NCBI GenBank assembly: GCA_002344795.1 | Contig: DDUM01000054.1 | Coordinates: forward strand, 66,062 to 130,061 | Direction of reading: 5' to 3' | DNA: 64,000 bases | Source of the DNA: Flammeovirgaceae bacterium UBA2338 | Lineage (GTDB): Bacteria > Bacteroidota > Bacteroidia > Cytophagales > Cyclobacteriaceae | Shown here: positions 48,827 through 57,370 of the stretch, in pieces | Position numbering within the stretch: the first letter of the stretch is position 1 | How the letters are laid out: each line of letters begins with the position of its first letter | Translations under genes and position numbers: made by a program | Notes under the pieces: generated by a model | Seen by the model: only the letters and a program-made list of their open reading frames with translations | What the model was told of the DNA's origin: nothing | Databases searched by the model: none

Positions 48827-50212
48827 ATGAAAAATATAAAATATATAATACTTCTGAGTTTGGGCTTGTCACTCTCCATCTCAAGTTGCGAATACGGTGA
48901 CGAGAATGTTGACCCAACAAGACAGGCCGATGTTAAATTGAACCTGATATTGCCTACTGCTATAACGCAAGCAGCTTATAATCAATCTTCCACAGCAGCT
49001 CGATTGTCTGGAATTTTGATGCAACACTTTTCTGGTTTTGATGCACAGCAAAATGATTTGGAGAACTACGTTATTGACGAAAATGCCTTAGATAATTTTT
49101 GGAATTTTGGTCTCTATGGTGGCGTGATGAAGGATGCTGTGGTGATGATTGAAAAGGGAACTGAAGAAGGGCAACCTTACTATGTAGGTATAGCCAAAAT
49201 ATTAATGGCAAATGCATTGGGTACAGGGACTTCAATATTTGGCGATATGCCCTATACAAAGGCTTTCTTAGGTACTAAAGACCTAAAGCCTGCCTATGAC
49301 TCCCAAGAATCCATTTACAATTCCATTCAGACACTCTTGACTGAAGCCATCACTGAATTAAGCAAGCCAGCTGTTGCTGGTGGGCCAGCAGCAGGTTCTG
49401 ATTTGATTTTTAAGGGTGATGCTGCCAAATGGATTGCAACTGCACATGCACTTAAGGCTCGCTATTTTATGCATCTGCAAAAAGTGAACAATAGCAATGC
49501 TTCCAGTGCTTTAGCTGAAATTGCCAGTGCTTTTACAAGTTCAGCCAATCAACCTGATTTTAAATGGGATGCCGCTTCTGCATTTTCAAATCCATATGCC
49601 TTGTTTGGTAGAGGACGTCCGAATACATTGGTAATTAACCAAGGTTTTGTGACTAAATTGGCTGGGGACCCTCGTTTGAATTTGATTACCGATGGTACAT
49701 CCTTCTATACAACCGCTACCGGCTTATTTTGGACAAAAAACACAGCTCCTAGTCCTATAATTTCTTATACTGAATTGAAATTTATTGAAGCGGAAGCCTT
49801 GGCAAGAACAAGCTCCCTGGCCGCTGCACAAACTGCCTTCGTAGCAGCAGTTCAGTCTAGTATGAATTATATGGGTGTTAGCAGTGCAAATGCTGCGACT
49901 TACATTGCAGGTTTACCTGATTTGACTTCAATGTCTGTTACAGGTGCTATATCAGCGATTATGGGTGAAAGTTATAAAGCATTGTATGGTCAGGCTGAGC
50001 TGGAGGTTTGGGTTAATTATAGGAGAACGGGCTTTCCAGCGCTTACGCCTAATCCAAATGGAGTCAAAGGAAACAACCCAAGTGGTGCAATTCCTAAAAG
50101 AATAACGTATGCTCAAAATGAAAGGATTACAAACGCTGAAAATTTAGCAGCTGCGATAGCAAATCAGGGGGCAAACAATAACCTGGATGTTCCTTTATGG
50201 GCGTTCAAATGA
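48827..50212 (+). CDS. SusD/RagB family lipoprotein
   Basis: Lipobox ISSC, FGDMPY..A, PAYDSQE, W...A.ALKAR, YTELKFIEAEA, W..YRRTGFP. Confidence 0.92.
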   Translation: MKNIKYIILLSLGLSLSISSCEYGDENVDPTRQADVKLNLILPTAITQAAYNQSSTAARLSGILMQHFSGFDAQQNDLENYVIDENALDNFWNFGLYGGVMKDAVVMIEKGTEEGQPYYVGIAKILMANALGTGTSIFGDMPYTKAFLGTKDLKPAYDSQESIYNSIQTLLTEAITELSKPAVAGGPAAGSDLIFKGDAAKWIATAHALKARYFMHLQKVNNSNASSALAEIASAFTSSANQPDFKWDAASAFSNPYALFGRGRPNTLVINQGFVTKLAGDPRLNLITDGTSFYTTATGLFWTKNTAPSPIISYTELKFIEAEALARTSSLAAAQTAFVAAVQSSMNYMGVSSANAATYIAGLPDLTSMSVTGAISAIMGESYKALYGQAELEVWVNYRRTGFPALTPNPNGVKGNNPSGAIPKRITYAQNERITNAENLAAAIANQGANNNLDVPLWAFK

Positions 50213-50244
50213 TAATTATTGATTAGAATATTTTATTTATTGAT

Positions 50245-51072
50245 ATGATTATAAATATGAAGAACATATTCAAAAGTGGATTCTTATCACTGGCATTGAT
50301 GCTTATAATTAGTGCCTGTGGTGACGAACCTTACGATGTTGCAGATGGCGGTTCATTAGGCGCTATTATGGCACCTGTTACTGATGTTACTTTTTTAGGA
50401 GGCATATCTACCGGTGTTGATGTGGCTTTAAATAAATTTGCTAATGAAGGAGTAACTGTTACTGCAGTAAATGTCACGAAGCAGTTGTTGACTACTGGTG
50501 GAAATTCGGATCCGGTTAAATACGCAATTACGGGAGATACATTTACTCAGACCGTCTCTGAATTGTATGCCGATGTACCGGTAGGAGGTGTTGTTCAAAG
50601 CAATTCTACCTTGACCCCAGGTGATAAATGGGAATTATCGTATAGTATGTCTTTGGCGGATGGTCGTACCATGGCTATTGGAACAAAAACTAAAATTACT
50701 TTTCTATGCGCACCCTATCCGGGTGTTTGGACTATAGAGATGCATGATTCCTTTGGTGATGGTTGGCAAACCAATGACGGTAATGGTGGAAATGGAATTC
50801 AGATTACCCTGAATAAAACAACTGTGTTAGAGGTGGGATTATGCAGCCCTTATCAGCCAAGTCCTTTTACTTGTACACCTGGTGTTTCGAATGGAACGGC
50901 AACCATTACAATCCCTAATGGAACACAAGAAGCATCCTGGTTCTTCCCAGGAGATAGGTGGGGCGAAATTTCATTTGAAATTTATGGACCAACCGGAGCC
51001 TTAGTTTTTGCTAGTGGTGCTCCGGGTGCTCAGGGTGCTGGAATTTTACCTGTAATTCTTTGCGCTCCATAA
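50245..51072 (+). CDS. Surface lipoprotein, third gene of the susCD unit
   Basis: Lipobox ISAC; C-terminal domain with WTIEMHDSFGDGW. Confidence 0.75.
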   Translation: MIINMKNIFKSGFLSLALMLIISACGDEPYDVADGGSLGAIMAPVTDVTFLGGISTGVDVALNKFANEGVTVTAVNVTKQLLTTGGNSDPVKYAITGDTFTQTVSELYADVPVGGVVQSNSTLTPGDKWELSYSMSLADGRTMAIGTKTKITFLCAPYPGVWTIEMHDSFGDGWQTNDGNGGNGIQITLNKTTVLEVGLCSPYQPSPFTCTPGVSNGTATITIPNGTQEASWFFPGDRWGEISFEIYGPTGALVFASGAPGAQGAGILPVILCAP

Positions 51073-51167
51073 ATTGGATAAATGATGTTGAACATTAACC
51101 TCATCATTTCAGCTGGAACCATTCAGTTGAACTTGTGCAATGAATAAAAGTAGGGGTTAAGACGTAG

Positions 51168-51204
51168 AAAGCCATCCGGATAGTTCGGATGGTTTTTCTT
51201 TTTT
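51168..51204 (+). terminator. Intrinsic terminator of the susCD operon
   Basis: AAAGCCATCCG / CGGATGGTTTT stem followed by TTCTTTTTT. Confidence 0.8.
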
Positions 51205-51315
51205 CTTGAATAAGCATGTATAAAGCGCAAATAAAAAAAGTGATAGCACCTTGTCAAGGGTGAATTATTTATTGGGAGGTACTTCAATCAAAACAGTGGT
51301 TAACAAGTATAGCAT

Positions 51316-51927
51316 ATGAAGACAATCAGAGAATATTCATTAGCTTTTGTACTTGCATCGTTCTTGTTGGTGTCGGGGTGCGATTCGGAAACTAAAACAA
51401 TTGTTTGTAACTGCGAAGGAACATTGACAATGTTTGAGAATTATAGAGGCATTGTTGCCTTTAGTAGAACTGATCAGTTTATTATTGTTTCAGATCAGCT
51501 AGGATTTGTTGTCCCTTGCGAGGGATTTGATTCTGCCATGATGATTGATGGTGAAAAGATTATATTCTCAGGAACCTACATTTCAAACTGCACCGAATAT
51601 AATACCTCATACGGCATTAACACATTTAATGTTCAATTGTCAAGCATTGAGCGTTCAGATACTATTTACAGCAAACCGCCCTTAAAAATTGAAATAATTA
51701 AATCAGAAGACTATGGTTACCCAGTTGGATTCGGTTATCGCTTGGAATATAAAAATACCTTTAAAATTTTACAGCCGTTTTTGCCTGGGGTCGGAGGATT
51801 CGTTCCGTTTTCGACTAGTGCGGATGCATTTAAGATAGCTGTCAAAACAGGTTATCGATTAAGTAAAATAAATGACTTGCCATCAACCCCGTTTACTGAC
51901 CTTTACTATTTACGAATTATTAATTAG
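51316..51927 (+). CDS. Lipoprotein with DUF4907-like C-terminal domain
   Basis: Lipobox VSGC; GFGY...ILQPFLPGVGG..PFSTSADAFKIA. Confidence 0.6.
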   Translation: MKTIREYSLAFVLASFLLVSGCDSETKTIVCNCEGTLTMFENYRGIVAFSRTDQFIIVSDQLGFVVPCEGFDSAMMIDGEKIIFSGTYISNCTEYNTSYGINTFNVQLSSIERSDTIYSKPPLKIEIIKSEDYGYPVGFGYRLEYKNTFKILQPFLPGVGGFVPFSTSADAFKIAVKTGYRLSKINDLPSTPFTDLYYLRIIN

Positions 51928-51974
51928 TCACATACACGAGAAATTAATATTCAGTTGGACTATCAAACCCACTC

Positions 51975-52040
51975 AATAAGGTAACTATTCAAGCCGTTGT
52001 AACTTATTTTGACAGCGGAGGCGCTTGCGCTTCACCTGAA
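51975..52040 (+). pseudogene. Unannotated remnant of a paralogue of the 52739 secreted protein
   Basis: Translates NKVTIQAVVTYFDSGGACASPE versus NKVTLQAVIQYFDPNGSGSCASPE at 52997-53068. Confidence 0.75.
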
Positions 52041-52053
52041 AAACAACAAATGC

Positions 52054-52732
52054 ATGAAAGATCTTAAATGTCTTGTACTTCTAATGATACTTTTGGGATT
52101 CACGATCTCATCCTCAGCACAATCATTTATTTCAGAAGTTGAAATATTTGGTGGTACATCTCACAGTTATCTTAGGTGGGACTTCCCATACAGGCAAAAC
52201 TTGAATTTATCATTCGTAGGTGGAATTGGTGTAACTCACATTGTTAGAGAACGAATCGAAATTGATGCCAAAATTATGGTTGAGGAAAAAGGTTTCCAAA
52301 CTGATTATGTAGAGACGCTTTTTGATGCCAATAACAATGCAATAACATCACGATATATTCAATCTGGTCAACTAAGGTATACAACACTAGTCCTTATGCC
52401 TAGGATATTATTGGACAATAGAAATCATTTTTTTACTGGTATAGGATCTTATTTTTCATTGTTGAATAGAGCGAGCGAAACCAGTGGAAAGGTTTTCAAT
52501 AGATGGGTCTCAGTTCTCATTCAATCATACAGAAACCACTAAAAACTTTAGATCGTTTGACTTTGGTATTTCTGCTGCCATTGGGTACAAAAGGCCTTTG
52601 GGTACTAAGTTTGGAATAACAAGTCAACTCTTCCTGAATTGGGGACTCACCAATATTTCAGACCTTCCACTTAGTGCCACTAAAATTAGAAACGTTTCAA
52701 TGTCACTTTTAATTGGACTAAACATAAATTAA
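52054..52732 (+). pseudogene. Small outer-membrane beta-barrel (PorT/OMP_b-brl_2-like) split by a +1 frameshift near 52480
   Basis: ORFs 52009-52542 and 52484-52732 join into ~225 aa: signal peptide, EEKG, YTTLVL, GIGSYFS.L, then FDFGISAAIG...WGLTNI...LLIG. Confidence 0.75.
52085..52150 (+). repeat. 66-bp exact direct repeat, copy 1 (copy 2 at 57035-57100)
   Basis: TGATACTTTTGGGATTCACG...GAAGTTGAAATATTTG identical at offset 4950. Confidence 0.9.
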
Positions 52733-52738
52733 CGAACC

Positions 52739-54085
52739 ATGAAACTTATAAAAAAAAATCTCGTACTGGCCGTAATCTCGTCCGGTTTTTGTTCTCAAGC
52801 GCAACCAATAATCACTTCACAAGTTGGTGCGCTAACTCTGGTCTGCCCTGGGGCCCCAATTAGGTATGAGATAAATTCTTCGGGATCTAGTTTTTGTCAG
52901 GTGAATTGGACAATTACAGATGGATCTGGGAGCTACCAGTTTGGAAGTACTAGTACTTCCTCTATAATTTTTATTTCATGGGACGATCGAAAACCAAACA
53001 AAGTTACCCTTCAGGCGGTTATCCAGTACTTTGATCCGAATGGTTCGGGTTCGTGCGCCAGTCCGGAAACAATTACACGCACCTTTACCCACGTCCTTCG
53101 TTCAGTATTTGGAGAAACGATTACAGCGGGGACACTTCCTGCAGTTCCTTATTGTAATACATCAGCAGTAAATGTCTTGGTGAATCATATGTATATACAA
53201 AATACTGGGGGCATTGCCGAGCCCCCATTGGCCGAAGTGAATAACTATCAATGGATTCTGCCTACCGGCTGGAAAGAAGTAGGAGGGGCATCTGGAACGG
53301 TTTATACTAACGCAAATGCAATTGCGATAGAACCGATCAATCCAAGTGGAAATTGCTCCGCAGGAGGGAATATTTTGGTGAGAGGAATAGCAGGCCTAAC
53401 CAGCTGTGCAGGACTATTGGTAAGTCAGAGCTATCAAAAAACAATTCCACTTAACAGGACACCATCTTTTACAATATCCGCTTCTGGTGGATATACTGGC
53501 CAACAGCAGTGTGGTCAAACAACCCCAGTAACTTTTTCAGTTCCCGCTCAATCCTGTGCCTCAAGTTACACATGGAATTTCCCATCCGGCTGGAGTGGAT
53601 CATCCACCTCTAACTCCATTGTATTAACTCCAAGTGGAGGCGCAAATGTGGCAGGTTCAATCACTGTGACGACAAGTGTAAACAATGGATTATGCACGTT
53701 AGCTTCACCACAATTTACTATTTCTTATAGCAATCCCACACTTTCAATATCAAGTGGTAGTCCTGTATGCACAACCGGAAGCACTTTTACACTGAACAAC
53801 GTTCCTCCAGGTTCATCTGTTAGCTGGCAAGCAAGCCCGTCTTCATTATTTAGTAGCAGCTCTGGGAGTGGAGCAAGTGCATTCTTGACTGCTCTTTCAT
53901 CAAAAAGTAGTGGTGCCGGAGATATTACCTTTTATGTCAGTAATCCAGGATGTAACCTAAATGCAATAGTGCCTGGCTCTCTTTGGGTGGGTAAGCCTTC
54001 AGGTGTTATTACTAATCCCACAGGTGTACCAGCCGTTGAGGCCAATTTAGGTAGCTGGGTTGTATTTTGGGCTATAATAACATAA
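52739..54085 (+). CDS. Secreted Ig/PKD-like repeat protein, C-terminally truncated (T9SS signal absent)
   Basis: Repeated Y.W..P.GW modules, Ser/Thr/Gly-rich; stops 3 codons after a segment shared with the 54888 protease. Confidence 0.7.
   Translation: MKLIKKNLVLAVISSGFCSQAQPIITSQVGALTLVCPGAPIRYEINSSGSSFCQVNWTITDGSGSYQFGSTSTSSIIFISWDDRKPNKVTLQAVIQYFDPNGSGSCASPETITRTFTHVLRSVFGETITAGTLPAVPYCNTSAVNVLVNHMYIQNTGGIAEPPLAEVNNYQWILPTGWKEVGGASGTVYTNANAIAIEPINPSGNCSAGGNILVRGIAGLTSCAGLLVSQSYQKTIPLNRTPSFTISASGGYTGQQQCGQTTPVTFSVPAQSCASSYTWNFPSGWSGSSTSNSIVLTPSGGANVAGSITVTTSVNNGLCTLASPQFTISYSNPTLSISSGSPVCTTGSTFTLNNVPPGSSVSWQASPSSLFSSSSGSGASAFLTALSSKSSGAGDITFYVSNPGCNLNAIVPGSLWVGKPSGVITNPTGVPAVEANLGSWVVFWAIIT
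53981..54073 (+). repeat. Diverged direct repeat, copy 1 (copy 2 at 56421-56513)
   Basis: LWVGKPSGVITNPTGVPAVEANLGSWVVFWA versus IWVGKPSGVITNPSGVPAVEANIGNWVVLWA, 26/31 aa identical. Confidence 0.9.
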
Positions 54086-54870
54086 TGAAGGTCTGTTCGG
54101 AAAATAAAGGAATTTCATGGTATCAAGAAAGAATCGTAGATGCATCAAGTGCTAATCTGGGATTGGTAATTTTATTTTTTTTGACTTGCATAACTTCGCT
54201 TTATGCATTCGGACAGAATGGCTTTGCGCTTTCAGCCCCAGTGATTTACAGCAAAGTTGAAGCACCAAATAACTGGAGTCCTCCAACTGCTGTCAATCGA
54301 CTAAATCAATTCAATGGGACATCAATAGGATACGGGATAAATTTGAATTACTCGTTTCGACCAACTTTTATTACCAAAAACCAACATTTCTTTTTGAATA
54401 TTGGAGCTGGTTATTATAATCAACGATTCGACTTAGAAAGGCCATTCGATTATGTCTCGCCACTGCTGCCCATATTCTATACTGATTTATACTCTTACTA
54501 TTGCTGGCAATTGTCAGCAGGATTAACTTACAATTATCCGCTGTCCAAAAATTATTTTCTGTCAGGTAATTTAAGTTATAACAAGCTAAATTCATTTCGA
54601 CAGGAATATACCCCAACTTCTAACCACGGTTATGGTGAACTAACTCAAGTCAATCATAATCGAATAGATTTTGGTAACACTCTAGTCCTTGCAATCGGCC
54701 TTAATAGGAACTTAGGAAATGGATTTTTACTAGGACTAAATGTTTTGGTGCCTTTGTATATTCGTTGGCGTAATGATAAAATCTTTAAAGATGACCCAAC
54801 GGAATTTTCACATCCAAAATTTAGTTTGGGCTCCAGCATAAGTATAACCTATCGTTTAAAAAATATTTAA
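54067..54870 (+). CDS. Small outer-membrane beta-barrel protein; start uncertain
   Basis: Signal-like LVILFFLTCITSLYAFG-Q at aa ~33-50; alternating aromatic strands; ends SISITYRL. Confidence 0.65.
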   Translation: MGYNNIMKVCSENKGISWYQERIVDASSANLGLVILFFLTCITSLYAFGQNGFALSAPVIYSKVEAPNNWSPPTAVNRLNQFNGTSIGYGINLNYSFRPTFITKNQHFFLNIGAGYYNQRFDLERPFDYVSPLLPIFYTDLYSYYCWQLSAGLTYNYPLSKNYFLSGNLSYNKLNSFRQEYTPTSNHGYGELTQVNHNRIDFGNTLVLAIGLNRNLGNGFLLGLNVLVPLYIRWRNDKIFKDDPTEFSHPKFSLGSSISITYRLKNI

Positions 54871-54887
54871 CTTCTAAAACATGAAAC

Positions 54888-56978
54888 ATGAGACCAATTT
54901 TACTTCTGACCTTGTTCCTTGCCTCTTTGAATTTTGCAAAGGCGCAAGTAAAAACAAATTTTAACAATGCTGAGGTAATAACTGCCAAGGGAAAATTCGA
55001 TAAAAATTATCTGACAAAATCACCTCACACAATCCCAGCCAAGGATATCAAGGCTCTCCTTGAAAGAGAATCTCTAGAGAATAAATCCGGAGAGCCGAAA
55101 CCGTTTAAGATTGCTGAGGCCGTAAAAGTTGATATTGATGTTGTAAAAGAGGCTGCATGGGTGGAGGAAGTAGGATTTGCACATGGAAAATATACTATTG
55201 TTGCAAGTGGCGCAAAATCCATCAGCGCAAACTTCGATCGATTCAAACTTCCAAGGGGATCGGAATTGTATGTTTACAGTGCGAATGGAGAGATGATCAC
55301 TGGCCCCGTAACAGAGAATGAAAACAATGAGAATAATTTTTGGGGTACATGGGTCTATAAAGGCGAGGCGCTAACAGTTGATTTTAAAACCCCTATTGAA
55401 AGTAAATCAGAAATCAAACTTCATATCTCAAGCATAGCTTATGGATACAAAGAACTTTATGTCAATAATTTTGGGGAGTCTGCCGCTTGTAATATAAATG
55501 TGTTATGCATACAGGGTAATGGTTGGGAAAACGAGCGAAATTCAGTAGCTCTGATATTGGATGCCAACAGCATAGCATTGTGTACCGGAGCATTAATCAA
55601 CAACACCTGTAATTTTAACACACTAAATTTTTTAACCGCAAATCATTGTTTTGATGGGAACCCTGCAAATTGGAAATTTACTTTTCAAGCTTGGAGCTCA
55701 ACTTGCAATCCATCCCAAAATGCCAACGGAGTTACCTTAAACGGTTCTACTTTAAGAGCGCGTAATGCAGCTAGCGATTTTTGTTTAGTTGAATTAAACC
55801 AAATGCCCCCTGCAAATTCAAATATCACGTTTGCTGGATGGAATAGGAATCCCGCTGCTGCCTTAAATACGGTGGGAATTCACCATCCTGCTGGGGACGT
55901 TATGAAAATTGCAATTGACGCAAATCCCCCTGTAGCTGTGGCATGGTTTACAGGGGCGACAAACCATTGGAGGGCTCATTTTCAACAAGGGACTGTCCAG
56001 CCTGGATCATCTGGATCTCCACTATTTGATCAAAATCATAGAATAATTGGCCAACTACACGGAGATCAAAATAATCAAGGAAATTACTGCACTCAACAAA
56101 TCGGTGAATATGGTAGATTTGATGTTTCATGGGTGGGGGGTGGAACGAACGATACAAGACTAAGTAACTGGCTTGATCCAAATAATACGGGGGCATTGAC
56201 TACAGACACTCGAGGAAATGAAATAACAGGACCTGCACTTGTTTGTACAACTGCAAACTATACTTTTGATGGGCAAGTAACATGGTCATCGAGCAATCCA
56301 AATGGATTAAACATTAATTCCACAACGGGGGCAGCCACACGCGTTAACAAATTCAATGGTCAGGTTACCATTACGGCAACTATAAATAGTGGTTGTGGAG
56401 GCGTAAATGTTGATAGGACTATCTGGGTAGGTAAACCATCAGGTGTTATCACCAATCCCTCAGGTGTGCCAGCTGTTGAGGCGAACATAGGCAATTGGGT
56501 TGTATTATGGGCAACCTCAACTCCAGGTGCCACAACCAGTTCGCTAAATTGGTGGACCAATAATGCAGCGGCTCTTAATTTAAATGTAGGTTATGGAAAT
56601 TGTTCGGTGGAATGCTTACAAGCAGGTTATAACTTTATCTATGTAACTTCCAGCAATGCCTGTGGTACCAATTTGGTTCGTCAAATACCGATCAGCGTTA
56701 CATCTGGCGGTTGTCAAAATCCACCTTGCAATCCCATGTTCGTATCCCCGAACCCCTCATCCTCATATTTCGAAGTAAGCCTTGATTTGACACGTGAAGA
56801 ATATACGAAAGGGTACGATGTTAAACTATATGATAGCAACCAAATGAATTTGGTATATCAAACTACCTCTACCGAACCGATAATAAGGATTGAGACATTG
56901 AGCCTCAAAAAGGGGATGTATATACTACAAATGACGACCTACAAACAGGTGATTACAGACAGGGTTTTAATTGAATGA
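54888..56978 (+). CDS. Secreted trypsin-like (lysyl endopeptidase-type S1) protease with PKD-like and T9SS type A C-terminal domains
   Basis: Triad FLTANHC / SDFCL / PGSSGSPLF; C-terminal VSPNPSS...KGMYIL. Confidence 0.88.
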   Translation: MRPILLLTLFLASLNFAKAQVKTNFNNAEVITAKGKFDKNYLTKSPHTIPAKDIKALLERESLENKSGEPKPFKIAEAVKVDIDVVKEAAWVEEVGFAHGKYTIVASGAKSISANFDRFKLPRGSELYVYSANGEMITGPVTENENNENNFWGTWVYKGEALTVDFKTPIESKSEIKLHISSIAYGYKELYVNNFGESAACNINVLCIQGNGWENERNSVALILDANSIALCTGALINNTCNFNTLNFLTANHCFDGNPANWKFTFQAWSSTCNPSQNANGVTLNGSTLRARNAASDFCLVELNQMPPANSNITFAGWNRNPAAALNTVGIHHPAGDVMKIAIDANPPVAVAWFTGATNHWRAHFQQGTVQPGSSGSPLFDQNHRIIGQLHGDQNNQGNYCTQQIGEYGRFDVSWVGGGTNDTRLSNWLDPNNTGALTTDTRGNEITGPALVCTTANYTFDGQVTWSSSNPNGLNINSTTGAATRVNKFNGQVTITATINSGCGGVNVDRTIWVGKPSGVITNPSGVPAVEANIGNWVVLWATSTPGATTSSLNWWTNNAAALNLNVGYGNCSVECLQAGYNFIYVTSSNACGTNLVRQIPISVTSGGCQNPPCNPMFVSPNPSSSYFEVSLDLTREEYTKGYDVKLYDSNQMNLVYQTTSTEPIIRIETLSLKKGMYILQMTTYKQVITDRVLIE

Positions 56979-57003
56979 TTTATTGAGGCTCAAGCTTAGA
57001 TTG

Positions 57004-57320
57004 ACGAAAGATATTAAATGCCCTATCCTTCTAGTGATACTTTTGGGATTCACGATCTCATCCTCAGCACAATCATTTATTTCAGAAGTTGAAATATTTG
57101 CAGGGCCATCATTACTTTCTATTCGAGATAACAATCAATATAAGAAATATGGGGAGATTAAGATTGGGTATTCCTTTGGAGCAGGATTGGTTCATAAAAT
57201 CAGCAAAGTTGGGCTGTCAATACCCTGATAGGTTTTGAGAGAAAGGGATATAACAAGAACCATTATAAAAAGGATCCCCCTCTTTTGCCGAATGACCAAT
57301 TACCTATAGAGAATATCTAA
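57004..57320 (+). pseudogene. Degraded small beta-barrel gene sharing its 5' end with the 52054 gene
   Basis: ACG aligned to ATG 52054, 66-bp identity, stop at 57226-57228, shifted frame continues LIGFERKGY to TAA 57320. Confidence 0.75.
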
Positions 57321-57370
57321 AAATTCGACTATTTTGACTCTTTGTAATTTTTAAAGAATCTTTACAAGGA

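Noticed and set aside
51108-51131. Short hairpin TTCAGCTG/CAGTTGAA after the susCD lipoprotein as a REP element
   Set aside because: Single copy in the window; at most an mRNA-stabilising stem
52750-52758. A9 run at the 5' end of cargo 1 as a phase-variation tract
   Set aside because: Runs of this length also occur in ordinary genes here (for example near 57742) and the gene is in frame
51975-57320. IS, integron or DGR explanation for the island
   Set aside because: No transposase, integrase or reverse transcriptase, no terminal inverted repeats or attC-like sites, and repeat differences are not adenine-specific
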